Shown here: piece after piece, positions 18,972 through 30,109 of the stretch
Layout of the letters: each line of letters starts with the position of its first letter
Position numbering within the stretch: the stretch's first letter is position 1
Origin: an uncultured Candidatus Saccharibacteria bacterium
GTDB lineage: Bacteria; Patescibacteriota; UBA1384; XYA2-FULL-43-10
Assembly: GCA_964558315.1 (NCBI GenBank)
Contig: CAZLCL010000004.1
Coordinates: 7,221-49,970 of the forward strand
Length of the DNA stretch: 42,750 nucleotides
Direction: 5' to 3'
The notes under the pieces: generated by a model
Database searches by the model: none
Told to the model about the DNA's origin: nothing
The model's input: the letters and a program-made list of their open reading frames with translations, nothing else
Translations under genes and position numbers: made by a program

Positions 18972-19759
18972 TATTTATAATAAACCCAGCCGTTAATTCT
19001 TAAGTCCACATATTCTTTTATTTCATCTTTTTTTTCCATCAAAACAATTTTTAAATTTTCAAGTTGTTGCTCTGAATCTCTAAGTGTGTCAAATTTTACG
19101 ATGATATTATCTTTAGCCACTAAATATAGATCTACTGTTGTTTCCTCGATATAATAATCTTTAACTTCTAAATTTGTCTTTTCGGTAATATTGTCGTTAA
19201 TTTTTTGTAAAAATGAGACGAAGTTGTCTGAAACTACTTTTTGATTTATTAATATGGGGACATTTTTATGATCTACAATTGTAGGAATTGTTAGCATATT
19301 GTAATCAGCTATTTCTCTGTATGCAACCCCCTTATCATTTATCAAATAAGATTTATTCTGTGTCAACCAGACTAAATTTGGGGAGTTTTCTTCAATAATT
19401 ATTTTAACTGCACTTGGAATCCCTTTATATATTTTTACACTTCGAATCTCAGGAATCTGTTCAATAATTTTTGTTTGGATCTGTTGTGAATTTATCAATA
19501 GCAAATTTTGTCCTTTGGGTATAAGATTTTCTATAGATTGTGTCTCTATATTGCTATTCCCGCTAATTTGAATTTCTTTTAAAGAAAAAATGTTAGAAAT
19601 AAATGTAAAATATATTAATATTCCTATTGGAAAGACAATTTTTAAAATATTTGAAACAATAGAATAATTAGCCTTATTACTCTCTTGGCTTTTTGACTTG
19701 TAATATAATGAAGGATTTTTTATTACCTTTTTTCTTTTACCACTCCCCCAAGTATTCAA
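18971..19759 (-). CDS. ftsQ: Cell division protein FtsQ/DivIB (POTRA domain)
   Basis: Single N-terminal TM helix, then a POTRA-like segment (IKEIQISGNSNIETQSIENLI). It sits after murB in the dcw cluster. Confidence 0.7.
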   Translation of the reverse strand: MNTWGSGKRKKVIKNPSLYYKSKSQESNKANYSIVSNILKIVFPIGILIYFTFISNIFSLKEIQISGNSNIETQSIENLIPKGQNLLLINSQQIQTKIIEQIPEIRSVKIYKGIPSAVKIIIEENSPNLVWLTQNKSYLINDKGVAYREIADYNMLTIPTIVDHKNVPILINQKVVSDNFVSFLQKINDNITEKTNLEVKDYYIEETTVDLYLVAKDNIIVKFDTLRDSEQQLENLKIVLMEKKDEIKEYVDLRINGWVYYK

Positions 19760-20675
19760 TTTCCTCCTCCAGTTCTACATCATAATTGTTTCGAACCAGC
19801 TCTTTAGCTTTTTCTGCCACTTTTTTCAGATCGTCTGAGGTTGCTTCCCTTTTATTTATTAAAAAATTTGCATGTTTCTTTGAAACCGCGGCCCCACCAC
19901 ATCGAATTTTTTTTGCACCAGACCTTTCCAAAAGATAACCCGCCGCTTGCTCCGGTAATTTGCCCGGATTTTTAAACCAGCTTCCGCATGTTTTTTCACC
20001 GATTGGCTGAGTTGTTTGTCTATATTCTAAATTTTCCTTCATTTTTTTTGCGATTTCATCATTTCTCTTTTGTGCCAATCTCATATGCACAGTTAATATA
20101 ATCGGATTAAATTGTTTCTCTTTTGTTCTTTTTAGCTTTGAGCTTCTGTAGCTAAATTCCATCCATTCGCGACTTCTTTTAATAATTTTTATCTCTCCAT
20201 TAATTTTGTCTAAAACAGTAATACTTTTTATGTAATCTCCGATATACTGATTTTTGCTTCCAGCATTACCATATATAGCGCCACCTATTGTCCCCGGAAT
20301 ACCCACCATGAATTCAATTCCACCAAGCCTATAAGAGGATAATTGATTTAATAACTTCGAAATTGTTATACCTGAATCAACAATAATTTCCCCTCGATCA
20401 GTATTAATTACGATATTGTCGGACATATTTTTAATAATCATTCCCTTAAAACCACTATCGGAAAATAAAATATTGCTACCACTGCCAATTATCGTAAAAG
20501 GAATATTTAATTTGTCTGCTTCTTTTATGCTTTTTACTAATTCATTGACATCTTTTGCAATGTAAAAATAATCCGCGACCCCCCCTGTTCCAATGGAGGA
20601 GTAGTTTTTTAACAGCACATTAAATTCTAAACTTTCTCCTAATCGCTCTTTTAACTCTTCATTTATCAAATCCAT
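19737..20675 (-). CDS. murB: UDP-N-acetylenolpyruvoylglucosamine reductase
   Basis: FAD-binding PCMH-type N-domain (GTGGVADYF, IGSGSNILFSD) and MurB C-terminal domain (GSWFKNP, GGAAVSKKHANFLIN). Confidence 0.9.
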   Translation of the reverse strand: MDLINEELKERLGESLEFNVLLKNYSSIGTGGVADYFYIAKDVNELVKSIKEADKLNIPFTIIGSGSNILFSDSGFKGMIIKNMSDNIVINTDRGEIIVDSGITISKLLNQLSSYRLGGIEFMVGIPGTIGGAIYGNAGSKNQYIGDYIKSITVLDKINGEIKIIKRSREWMEFSYRSSKLKRTKEKQFNPIILTVHMRLAQKRNDEIAKKMKENLEYRQTTQPIGEKTCGSWFKNPGKLPEQAAGYLLERSGAKKIRCGGAAVSKKHANFLINKREATSDDLKKVAEKAKELVRNNYDVELEEEIEYLGEW

Positions 20676-21948
20676 CTGTTTTCTCCATTTTTTTTAACTC
20701 TTGCATAATTTCGTATATCGGAGGAATACCAATAGTTAGCAATAATGAGTGTTTTTTAGTTTCAGACAGCAACTCTTTGACTATATCGGCATTGTCTGAA
20801 AAACTTTTCGACCAAATCCCGAATTTTTTAATTTTTTCAGCCAACTGGTCAGAAGAAATGTTTAATTTTTTATCTCTTCCAGGAACAAAGTAAATATCTT
20901 TAATATATACTTTATCCGCTTCCGCAAAACACTCTGAAAATTCCTGAAACAGCTGAGCAATTCTTTTATATTGGTGTGGCCAAAAAACTACAATAATTTT
21001 CCTATCAATAAATTCTTCCTTCAGGGCATTAATTGTTGCTTTTATTTCACTTGGATGATGTCCGTAATCGTCAAACAATAAAGTGTCGTTGATTTTACCC
21101 CAACTCTCCATCCTTCTCTTTGCTCCTTTAAAAGCTCGGAATGATTTCTTAATTAAATCATCATTTATAGAAAGAATATTAGAAGCGGCCAGAACTGAAA
21201 GAGCATTTAATCTATTATGTTTTCCGCATATAGCTAATTCAATTGTTAATTTATTGTATTTTTCCGAACCCTTTCCATACCAGACAATTTTGATATTTTT
21301 TAGATTTGCCTTGGAAATCACATCCACAAGATTTTTATCTTCAATATTCGCAATAATTGTGCCGTTTGGTCTTACATTATGCAAATATTTGATAAAGGTT
21401 TCTTTTATTTCATCTATACCCCCGGGATAAGTATCTAAATGCTCTTTGTCGATATTTGTTAAAATTAGTATTTCAGGGTTAAAATCCAAAAAACTTTTAT
21501 CATATTCACATGCCTCCAGCACAAAATATTCAGAATTACCAATATGATATGATTTGTTATTAAATTCTCTTACCTTTTCTCCAACCAAAACTGTTGGATC
21601 TAAACCAGCCTGAATCATTACAAAACCAAGTAAAGATGTTATTGTAGTTTTCCCATGCATCCCTGAAATCGCAATCAATTTTTTATTCTTAGTAAGATCT
21701 CCGATTAATTCCGATCTCTTAATAACTTTTATACCCAATCTCTCCGCTGTTTCCACCTCAATCCAGCCAGGTGATCCAATAGTAATTGCTGAGTTTCTAA
21801 CTACAATATCAATATCTTTATTAATATTTTTCTGGCTATGTCCGTTTCTTTTTATATCGGAACCAGTAACCGTATTGCCTTGAATTTTTAATAATTCAGC
21901 AAGAGCTGACATAGAAACACCCATATCTCCAATAAGATGGTATCTCAT
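20659..21948 (-). CDS. murC: UDP-N-acetylmuramate--L-alanine ligase
   Basis: Mur ligase P-loop ISGMHGKTTITS is present. The position fits the dcw cluster, and so does the length. Confidence 0.85.
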   Translation of the reverse strand: MRYHLIGDMGVSMSALAELLKIQGNTVTGSDIKRNGHSQKNINKDIDIVVRNSAITIGSPGWIEVETAERLGIKVIKRSELIGDLTKNKKLIAISGMHGKTTITSLLGFVMIQAGLDPTVLVGEKVREFNNKSYHIGNSEYFVLEACEYDKSFLDFNPEILILTNIDKEHLDTYPGGIDEIKETFIKYLHNVRPNGTIIANIEDKNLVDVISKANLKNIKIVWYGKGSEKYNKLTIELAICGKHNRLNALSVLAASNILSINDDLIKKSFRAFKGAKRRMESWGKINDTLLFDDYGHHPSEIKATINALKEEFIDRKIIVVFWPHQYKRIAQLFQEFSECFAEADKVYIKDIYFVPGRDKKLNISSDQLAEKIKKFGIWSKSFSDNADIVKELLSETKKHSLLLTIGIPPIYEIMQELKKMEKTDGFDK

Positions 21949-23030
21949 AGATTCCTCATATATTTTAATATCTCAGAAATTATAACATCTTTTCCATCAT
22001 GTTTAATTGACTTGTTGGCATTTTCTCCTATTACTTTTAAGTTTCTTTCGTCTAACATCAAATATTCTATTCTATTTAATAAATTTGCTGGTGTTAACAT
22101 GTCTTGCTTAATTAATATTGTTGCCCCCATTCTTTCTAAGTATTTTGCGTTCTTTATTTGATGATTATTTGTAGCATAAGGATAAGGAATCAAAATGGAG
22201 GCTTTTTTTAATTTTGCAATTTCTCCAATAATATTTGCTCCCGATCTGGTTATTATCAGGTCGCATCTGCTGATTGCATCAGCCATTTTATTATATGAGA
22301 ATGAAAAACTTTCATAATTTTTAAACTTTTCTTTTTCAATTTTTTGCAGACAATCATTATCAATAGCGTGATCCGCGGCTCCGGAATTATAAATTACTTT
22401 GTATTTGTTTAATAGCGATGGTAATATTGATGAAATAGTATTCGAAAAAACTTTTGCGCCCAAACTTCCACCAGTAATAAATATCGTTTTTTTGCCATTA
22501 CTTTTTTTGGCTTGAAAAAAGTCACGGACAATTAAGCCGGAGTATTTGATATCAAAGTTATTTTTTCCATAGCACTCTTTGGGAAATGAGACAAAAAAGG
22601 TTTTTGCGTTTTTTGAATACAAGCGGTTAGCCCTTCCTATCACCGAATCCGATTCATGAATGATATATGGTATTCCAATTAACTTTGCCCAAAACAAAAC
22701 CGGTATTGAATTAAAACCTCCTTTTGAAAATATCATTTTAGGTCTTACTCTGATTAAAATTATCAATACCTGAAAAACAGAAAACAGTAATTTAAAACTT
22801 TCGGCAACTTTTACTGCTATTCTGCCATGCTTGCCTTTACCCGATCTTATAACATACGATTTTGCGCCCTTAAATAATTCTTTTTCAATTAATGAATTCG
22901 CATGGATAACATAAACATCGAATTTACGTGAAACTAGCTCTTTGTATATTTCAAAAATCGGGATTGCGTGACCACCTGTAGATGAGCTGACTAATAATAT
23001 TTTATTATTAACTTTCATAATAAATTTCAC
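21945..23030 (-). CDS. murG: Undecaprenyldiphospho-muramoylpentapeptide beta-N-acetylglucosaminyltransferase
   Basis: GT28 N-terminal STGGHAIP motif, a C-terminal GT-B domain, and the dcw position. The exact start (Met1 versus Met5) is uncertain. Confidence 0.85.
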   Translation of the reverse strand: MKFIMKVNNKILLVSSSTGGHAIPIFEIYKELVSRKFDVYVIHANSLIEKELFKGAKSYVIRSGKGKHGRIAVKVAESFKLLFSVFQVLIILIRVRPKMIFSKGGFNSIPVLFWAKLIGIPYIIHESDSVIGRANRLYSKNAKTFFVSFPKECYGKNNFDIKYSGLIVRDFFQAKKSNGKKTIFITGGSLGAKVFSNTISSILPSLLNKYKVIYNSGAADHAIDNDCLQKIEKEKFKNYESFSFSYNKMADAISRCDLIITRSGANIIGEIAKLKKASILIPYPYATNNHQIKNAKYLERMGATILIKQDMLTPANLLNRIEYLMLDERNLKVIGENANKSIKHDGKDVIISEILKYMRNL

Positions 23031-24161
23031 TTATAATTTTTTTATAGTGCCTTTCGCATAGCTGGCGTATTTTGAAATATTAATTAATATCCCCGCCGCC
23101 GCTAAAAGAATTAATAATGACGAGCCGCCATAGCTTATTAGAGGCAAGGGAACTCCCGTTAAAGGTAAAAGTGAAAGCATCGCTCCAATATTTATGAATG
23201 ATTGCCAGATAATCCAAGCAGTTATTCCCGTTGCTAACAAAGAGGAATAACGGTCGGGTGCATGTTTGGCGATCCTAAATCCCCTTATACCAACGAAGCC
23301 GATTAGTAAAATCACTGAACTTGCCCTTAAAAATCCCAATTCTTCGCAAATAATGGCAAAAATCGAATCTGTATGAGCTTCGGGCAGATATAAATATTTT
23401 TGTTTACTTTGACCAAAACCTAATCCCCACAACCCCCCGGAACCGATCGCTATCAAAGCATTTCTGATATGATAGCCGCTACCCAAAGTATCACTTTCTG
23501 GATTTAAAAAAGTTAAAAATCTCTGCAAGCGATAAGGTTCAATTTTTATTGCGATCCAAAATAATATCCCCGCTAGTCCAGCCCCAGCAAATAAATTTAT
23601 GTATGATGCACCAGCAATAATATACATTGTAGCCGAGATACCCAGCATTACCGACAATGTTCCAAAATCTTTTTGGAGCAACATCAATATTGAAACTACA
23701 ATCATTATCAAAAAAAACGGAAGTGTTTTATTTTTATTGATCTCTTTGAGATTTATGTTAGAAAACCAGCTGGATAAATATAATATTAACGACAGCTTTG
23801 CCAATTCCGATGGCTGAAACTGTTGTCCCGCTATACTTACCCAACGAGTCGAAGAACGATCATTTTGATGACCAAATAATAGGGGCAAAACTAAAAAAAA
23901 TAGTGTCGAATATAGCATATACTTAGAATTATTTTTCCAAAAACGATAATCAATCGCCTGAAAAACTATCCAAATAATTAGCCCAATCACCACCCACTGT
24001 AATTGACGAGTTAAGTAATATTTATCGTTTGCACCATCGGTTATTTGAAGAGAGTAATATTTTGATACCGAATAAATTGCAATCAGGCCGAACATAACCA
24101 AAACAAATATTGCTAGGGCCAACAAATAATCTGGTTTGTTTTTTCTTAAATCATTATTCAT
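23031..24161 (-). CDS. ftsW: SEDS-family peptidoglycan glycosyltransferase FtsW
   Basis: About 10 TM helices and conserved SEDS segments (QPSELAKL, LPEAHTDSIFA, GVPLPLISYGGSS). Confidence 0.85.
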   Translation of the reverse strand: MNNDLRKNKPDYLLALAIFVLVMFGLIAIYSVSKYYSLQITDGANDKYYLTRQLQWVVIGLIIWIVFQAIDYRFWKNNSKYMLYSTLFFLVLPLLFGHQNDRSSTRWVSIAGQQFQPSELAKLSLILYLSSWFSNINLKEINKNKTLPFFLIMIVVSILMLLQKDFGTLSVMLGISATMYIIAGASYINLFAGAGLAGILFWIAIKIEPYRLQRFLTFLNPESDTLGSGYHIRNALIAIGSGGLWGLGFGQSKQKYLYLPEAHTDSIFAIICEELGFLRASSVILLIGFVGIRGFRIAKHAPDRYSSLLATGITAWIIWQSFINIGAMLSLLPLTGVPLPLISYGGSSLLILLAAAGILINISKYASYAKGTIKKL

Positions 24162-25600
24162 GGTAGTTTTTTAATGCTTTTAAGAACCGCTTTTCTAAAT
24201 TTTTCACCCCTATCTTTATAATTTTCAAACATATCAAATGAAGCGCAGGCTGGTGAAAATAATATCACATCTCCCTTTTGCGCTTCTTCTAATGCCAAAT
24301 TTACAATTTTCTCAATATCTGCCGGAGCAAAAATGACTTTTCTTTGATGGGCTGACTTTATTAAAGATTCGTTTATTTTGTTTGCTTCTTCTCCAACTAA
24401 CAAAACTAAATGTGTATTTGATTCAGCAATTACTTTAGCCAGTTCAGAAAAATCGGCCCTTTTACTGCTACCACCAAGTATCAAAATTTTAGGTTCAATA
24501 AAAGACTTTATTGCGGCAATAGTTGGGGCAGGGTTTGTTGCATAAGAATCGTTAATTATCTTAATGCCGTTTTTTTCAATAATTAATTCCAACCTATGCG
24601 GCAAACCATTGAATTCCATAGCCGCTTTTCGAATTCCAGTGTGGCTTACTCCATAAATATTAGCCACAACAGAGGAAGCGGCGATATTTTCTAAGTTATG
24701 TTTGCCGAATAATTTGACCTCTGTATTATTACAGATAATTTTTTCACTCCCATTCGTTACAAGAACAACTTCATCTATACCATTTTTTGACCGTATATAT
24801 GCCCCCTCATCTATACGGTTTTTAGAGGAGAAATATAGAACTTTTGCGTTTGTAGAAGATGAATATTGATATGAATACAAACTATCCATATTAATTATTG
24901 CATAATCATTATGTAATTGATTTTTCACAATCTCCATTTTTGCATTTCGATATTCCTCTTCGCTACTGTGATAGTCGAGATGATCAATACCGATGTTAGT
25001 AATTACAGCTACATGTGGGCTAAAACCCAAGTCTTGCAATTGAAAACTAGACAATTCCAATATTACAACATCTTGATTTGATAATTTTGAGAGCAGGTTA
25101 ATCGCGGGCAAGCCGATATTTCCAGCAAGGTAAACATTTCTGTAATTGGCACTGTCCTCTTGTTTCCCAATTTCAAGCATCTTTTTAATAATAGATGATG
25201 TCGTGCCTTTTCCTTTAGTTCCAGTAACACCAATAATATCGCAAGGACAAAGCTTAAAAAACTCTTTTATCTGGCTTGATATCTTAACACCATCTTTAAC
25301 TGCTGATACAATTTTCTGATCAGATATTTTTATTCCAGGTGAGCGAATAATTATATCATAATCAGAAAGATTATCTTTATATTTAGCACCAAATACTTTT
25401 TCAAACCGATTATCTTTAAGGACACTAATCAGCTCGTCTTTATTTTCCGCAGAGGAACTTTCGATTAATTTTCTTTCAGAGGCCATGTCTAGCAAGGTTA
25501 CACTTTGAGCTCTATCAATACAAAATTTCGCCATAGCTGTTCCTTCGATCCCCACACCCAAAATTGCGACCCTGCCATATGTAATATCGTCTTTAGTCAT
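24158..25600 (-). CDS. murD: UDP-N-acetylmuramoylalanine--D-glutamate ligase
   Basis: Mur ligase P-loop VTGTKGKGTTSS, and its position between mraY and ftsW. Confidence 0.85.
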   Translation of the reverse strand: MTKDDITYGRVAILGVGIEGTAMAKFCIDRAQSVTLLDMASERKLIESSSAENKDELISVLKDNRFEKVFGAKYKDNLSDYDIIIRSPGIKISDQKIVSAVKDGVKISSQIKEFFKLCPCDIIGVTGTKGKGTTSSIIKKMLEIGKQEDSANYRNVYLAGNIGLPAINLLSKLSNQDVVILELSSFQLQDLGFSPHVAVITNIGIDHLDYHSSEEEYRNAKMEIVKNQLHNDYAIINMDSLYSYQYSSSTNAKVLYFSSKNRIDEGAYIRSKNGIDEVVLVTNGSEKIICNNTEVKLFGKHNLENIAASSVVANIYGVSHTGIRKAAMEFNGLPHRLELIIEKNGIKIINDSYATNPAPTIAAIKSFIEPKILILGGSSKRADFSELAKVIAESNTHLVLLVGEEANKINESLIKSAHQRKVIFAPADIEKIVNLALEEAQKGDVILFSPACASFDMFENYKDRGEKFRKAVLKSIKKLP

Positions 25601-25630
25601 AGCTATATATTATCTTAAAATCGGAATAAT

Positions 25631-26650
25631 TTAAACCACACCGCTACCAAGTAAGGCAACCATTAGTCCGGCTGTTGCTGATACAGCACCTATAATCCAA
25701 AAACGCATGGTGATCTTTGACTCCGGCCAACCAATCGCCTCCAAATGATGATGCAGAGGAGAAGAGATAAATATTTTTTTGCCGCCCCTCAGTTTTTTAG
25801 ACATAAACTGAATAATAAAACTTAATCCTTCGATTGAAAATACTATTGTAATAATAAATAAGGGAATAATTGTATTTGTTAATGCGGCAATTACACCTAA
25901 AGTCATACCAAGTGCCATTGACCCCGTGTCACCCATAAAAAACCTTGCCGGCGGAATATTAAACCATAAAAACGAAAGTAATGCCCCCATAATCGTCCCG
26001 CAAAAGACAGCCAACTCTGTTTTACCCTCAGTTAAACAAATAATGGCGTAAACTGCATAAGATAGTGCAAATATCCCACCAGCTAATCCGTCTAGGCCAT
26101 CAGTTTCATTTGATGAAAATGCCATCCATACCAGAGTAATAATAAATATTGGTATATACCAGTAGCCGATAACATAATCTCCGACAGCCGGAATATGAAT
26201 TGAATTCCAATCTAATTTATAGAAAAACCACCAAGCTCCGATTATTGCAATAATAGTATATAGGGAAAATTTTTCTCTAAATCTCAAGCCTCCCCCGTTG
26301 GGCCCACGACCGCGCACATTCCAAAGATCATCAAATGCTCCAACAATTCCCGTAGCTACCAAACAAAACAACGGCAACCACGTTGCACTTCTTTCCAAAT
26401 TAAAAATTAACGTCAACACCGCAGTTGTTAACCATATCAAGATGCCGCCCATCGTTGGTGTGCCTGATTTGTGAGCATGAAGTTTAGACATAATTGGAGC
26501 CGATTTTGCATCTCTTATTCTCTTGCCCATTTTATGTTTAAATAAAAAGTCGGTAAAAAATGGCGTTAAAATTAGAGAAATAATAAACGAGGCCATGGCA
26601 AACCACAACATTCTTGAAATATCTTGCACCGAATAGTTTAATACTTCCAT
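25631..26650 (-). CDS. mraY: Phospho-N-acetylmuramoyl-pentapeptide transferase
   Basis: Polytopic membrane protein with NETDGLDGLAGG and MGDTGSMALG motifs. Confidence 0.9.
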   Translation of the reverse strand: MEVLNYSVQDISRMLWFAMASFIISLILTPFFTDFLFKHKMGKRIRDAKSAPIMSKLHAHKSGTPTMGGILIWLTTAVLTLIFNLERSATWLPLFCLVATGIVGAFDDLWNVRGRGPNGGGLRFREKFSLYTIIAIIGAWWFFYKLDWNSIHIPAVGDYVIGYWYIPIFIITLVWMAFSSNETDGLDGLAGGIFALSYAVYAIICLTEGKTELAVFCGTIMGALLSFLWFNIPPARFFMGDTGSMALGMTLGVIAALTNTIIPLFIITIVFSIEGLSFIIQFMSKKLRGGKKIFISSPLHHHLEAIGWPESKITMRFWIIGAVSATAGLMVALLGSGVV

Positions 26651-26663
26651 TTTTCTCCTTTTA

Positions 26664-27926
26664 TCAATTTTTTTTAGCTAGCCACTCTTCACTTTGTCTG
26701 ACTAAGTTTTCTTTTGGATCTAAATCATCATTAAGTAATATTTTTACAGTTTCTTCAAAATAATTATTATTTTGACTTGCTTTTATTAATACCAGATCAT
26801 CCTTTTTGATTATTGAAAAAATATTTTGATCAAGCTCTTCGCGACTTTTATACACTAATACATTGTGATTTTTATTAATTTCAGCTGACATTAATTCAGC
26901 ATTTTTTCCCGCAAATATTATTAATTCTATATTTTTAAGCTCATTAATGAATTTCGCAACCTCTTTATGATATGATTTTTCAAATTTTCCCAGTTCGTTC
27001 ATATCCCCGAGAATCAAAACTCTACGTCCTTGATATTTTATTTCGTTTAAACATAATGCCGCGGCTTTTACCGATTCGGGATTTGCATTATAGGTATCGT
27101 CAATGATTTTAATACCCTTTTTGCCATTTAAAAGATTCATTCTACCATGAAAAGGCTTTCTTAAATTAATACTATTTATTATTTCTTCATAATTCCCCAA
27201 CAGCTGATGACAAACCGCAACAGCAAGCATGTCAGCATATATCATCTGTTTGCCGATTAATAGATTTTTTACTAAAAATTTTTTATTCTGAAAATTTAAT
27301 TGATATTTATTTCCCTCTATACTGATATCAATATCAGACGCAAAAATGCTTGCTTTAGCATTATATATTGAATATCTTTTACCACCTTTTAAATTTTGCT
27401 TTAAATATACATCATCTGCGTTATAAAATAAATTTTCCTCATTGACATATTTTGACAATTTTATTTTTTCATTTTGCATTTGTTCAAGAGTGGCAAAGTT
27501 TGCAACATGCGCCACAGTCGCCGCGGTTATTACTGCAATATCCGGTTTGGCAATGCTACAAAAATAATCAATATCTCCAGGGTGTTCCACCCCCATTTCA
27601 ATTATTAAGCACTTTGGAAATTTTTTCTCGTAGAGATGTTTAGAAATCTTTAGTAGAAACAACGGCCATTCAATTTTTTTAGGTTGTTCATTATAACCCA
27701 AAATTGTCAAAGGGATGCCGATTTCGGCGTTAAGATTGCCCGAAGTATATCTTAAATCTTCACCCAATTTTTGTTTTAAAATAAATGCGATAGCTTCTTT
27801 GCTTGAAGTTTTGCCAACCGAACCAGTAATTGCGATAATTTTCGGTTGGTGTTTGTTGATTACTCGGCGAGCAACACTAGCCAACCTGCGATAAATCAAT
27901 TTTAAAACTACATTTTTTATATTCAT
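26664..27926 (-). CDS. murF: UDP-N-acetylmuramoyl-tripeptide--D-alanyl-D-alanine ligase
   Basis: Mur ligase P-loop ITGSVGKTSSKE, DDTYNANPES, and its position upstream of mraY. Confidence 0.8.
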   Translation of the reverse strand: MNIKNVVLKLIYRRLASVARRVINKHQPKIIAITGSVGKTSSKEAIAFILKQKLGEDLRYTSGNLNAEIGIPLTILGYNEQPKKIEWPLFLLKISKHLYEKKFPKCLIIEMGVEHPGDIDYFCSIAKPDIAVITAATVAHVANFATLEQMQNEKIKLSKYVNEENLFYNADDVYLKQNLKGGKRYSIYNAKASIFASDIDISIEGNKYQLNFQNKKFLVKNLLIGKQMIYADMLAVAVCHQLLGNYEEIINSINLRKPFHGRMNLLNGKKGIKIIDDTYNANPESVKAAALCLNEIKYQGRRVLILGDMNELGKFEKSYHKEVAKFINELKNIELIIFAGKNAELMSAEINKNHNVLVYKSREELDQNIFSIIKKDDLVLIKASQNNNYFEETVKILLNDDLDPKENLVRQSEEWLAKKN

Positions 27927-29653
27927 TTTTTGGCGTCTAAACGATAATAAAAATTAAGTAAAAATGAAGATATATCTCCAAAAACAGGGGCCGCTGTGCT
28001 TTCAGCATATTTCGCGCTCTTGGGTCTATCTAGCTTTACAAGCATGGTATATTTTGGATTTTCGGTTGGAGCGAATCCTGCCAAAGAGTGAATAAAAATT
28101 CCCAGCCCAGACTCATTTTGCTCATAACCACCTTCGGGATTCGCAATTTGCGCAGTCCCTGTTTTAGCTCCCACAGAAAAGCCTTCGACCTGAGCCCTTT
28201 TTGAATGTCCATTTTCTACTACCTGTCTTAACATCTCGGCAATTACCGCAGATGTTTGCTCGGAAATTATCCGAATACCCTCTTTTTTCTCAACCTTTTT
28301 TTCAGTTCCATCGGGTAACAATATTCTATCCACGAGATGAGGATACACATAAACTCCTCTGTTTGCAATAGCCGTGTAGGCCGCTACAATTTGCAAGGGT
28401 GTAACTGCAATACCTTGGCCAAAAGCTATTGTAGCGCGATTAATATCTCTCCACTCTTTAACCGGTTTAGTATAGCCGGAAACTTCGGTGTCCAAATCAA
28501 TCCCGGTCTTATCTAAAAAATTAAAATTTTTTAGATATTCATACATCGTTTCTTTCCCAAGCAGTTCAGATATCCAAACCATAGCAACATTATCTGAATT
28601 TTGTAATACCTGAACCATATTTTCTTTACCAAAAGCTTTTCTTTCCGCAGTTTTAATCTCATAGTTATCCACCCAGACATGCCAATCAAATTCACTTTCT
28701 GTCTCTGCTGTAATTAAACCTTTATCAATAGCGGCCGACATAATTATCGGTTTAAAAATACTTCCGGGCTCATACAAATATGCTATTGCCGGATTAATAA
28801 ACCTTTCAGGATTTTCTTCGGCCACCAGCCGATACTGATTTGGGTTATAATTTGGCAAACTGGCCATAGCCAAGATCCCTCCCGTTTCTACATCCATAAC
28901 AATAATTGTGCCAGATTCGGCTTGATATTCTTCTAACGCCTCAGCTAATTTTTTTTCTACGTAATATTGCACAGAACGATCTATAGTTAAAATATAACTG
29001 GCACCATCTTGCGCGTCTTTTTTATTTAACAAAGAAATTACTCTTCCTAAAGTGTCTTTTTCTCCAATTTTAAGTCCGCTTGATCCCTGAAGCTCCTTAT
29101 TGTAATGCCCCTCAAAACCATAATTTCCTTTGTTTTCAGCATTAACAAAACCTAGCAAATGAGAAGCCAAATTCCCTTCGGGATAATACCTGCTATTTTC
29201 GGGCACGATAATCACACCAGAAATTTTCTCTGATTTAATACTTTGCGCTGTATCATAATCTAAGCCCTTAGCTAGAGGAGGGATATAAAGTTTCTCATTG
29301 TTAATTTTTGAGAATAACTCCTCTTCAGCCACATTTAACAAAGCAGATAGTTTGCTAGCCACCTCTAATTTGTCTTTTATCTGCTTTGGGACAGCCCAAA
29401 CTTGATATTTTTTAACATCAAAAGCTAAAGGATACAACGAACCTTCCTCTTCGATAGCATCATGGGCATAAATTCTTCCCCTTTGAGCGCTCTCTGTCTC
29501 TTCAAATCTTTGCTGTTCTTCAGCTAAGGCAACATATTTATCATGCTGGATAATTTGTTTCTCAAACATTCTACCAATGATTACGAGCATAAGAAAAATC
29601 ACCAGAACACCTGCGACACGAAAACGTGCTTCAATTTCATTATCTAAGTTCAT
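27923..29653 (-). CDS. ftsI: Class B penicillin-binding protein (FtsI/PBP2-type transpeptidase)
   Basis: N-terminal TM anchor; SIFKP (SxxK), SDN (SxN) and KTGTA (KTG) motifs. Confidence 0.85.
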   Translation of the reverse strand: MNLDNEIEARFRVAGVLVIFLMLVIIGRMFEKQIIQHDKYVALAEEQQRFEETESAQRGRIYAHDAIEEEGSLYPLAFDVKKYQVWAVPKQIKDKLEVASKLSALLNVAEEELFSKINNEKLYIPPLAKGLDYDTAQSIKSEKISGVIIVPENSRYYPEGNLASHLLGFVNAENKGNYGFEGHYNKELQGSSGLKIGEKDTLGRVISLLNKKDAQDGASYILTIDRSVQYYVEKKLAEALEEYQAESGTIIVMDVETGGILAMASLPNYNPNQYRLVAEENPERFINPAIAYLYEPGSIFKPIIMSAAIDKGLITAETESEFDWHVWVDNYEIKTAERKAFGKENMVQVLQNSDNVAMVWISELLGKETMYEYLKNFNFLDKTGIDLDTEVSGYTKPVKEWRDINRATIAFGQGIAVTPLQIVAAYTAIANRGVYVYPHLVDRILLPDGTEKKVEKKEGIRIISEQTSAVIAEMLRQVVENGHSKRAQVEGFSVGAKTGTAQIANPEGGYEQNESGLGIFIHSLAGFAPTENPKYTMLVKLDRPKSAKYAESTAAPVFGDISSFLLNFYYRLDAKK

Positions 29654-29716
29654 ATAGATATATTACTTGATGAGCAAATATTATTGAAGTATATCCTTTA
29701 TTGATGGTTAAAAACA

Positions 29717-30082
29717 TTATTCAGCAGACGCCAAGTCAGAACTTTGTTCATCTAAATGGTTTACTTTTGACACCGGCTCCATCTCCGGTTTTTGAACGTC
29801 TTGATCAATTTCTTGTAGAGATTGTAATCTGACTTTTTCTACCTCAAGCCTTTCCTTCTTAAGTTCAAGCTGATCTTTTTTATCATTGATATCTCTAATT
29901 TTTATACTTCTATTCGCCCCTTCCGTAGCTTGTGTTAAATATACCAAAGATAATATGGTAAAAATTGATATTGCCACATATTTTATTGTATTAGCTCCTA
30001 TAGCAAATTCCCTTTTTACCATTCTTTTTTTTATCCCCAGTTGAGATTTATTTGAGTTGGTAATTGTTAACATTCTTCCCAT
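29717..30082 (-). CDS. FtsL-like small bitopic cell-division protein
   Basis: 121 aa with one TM helix (YVAISIFTILSLVYL) followed by a coiled coil (KKDQLELKKERLEVEKVRLQSLQE). It sits between mraZ and ftsI. SD is AGGAGAAACAGATG. Confidence 0.55.
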   Translation of the reverse strand: MGRMLTITNSNKSQLGIKKRMVKREFAIGANTIKYVAISIFTILSLVYLTQATEGANRSIKIRDINDKKDQLELKKERLEVEKVRLQSLQEIDQDVQKPEMEPVSKVNHLDEQSSDLASAE

Positions 30083-30109
30083 CTGTTTCTCCTATTATTC
30101 TCATCTTTT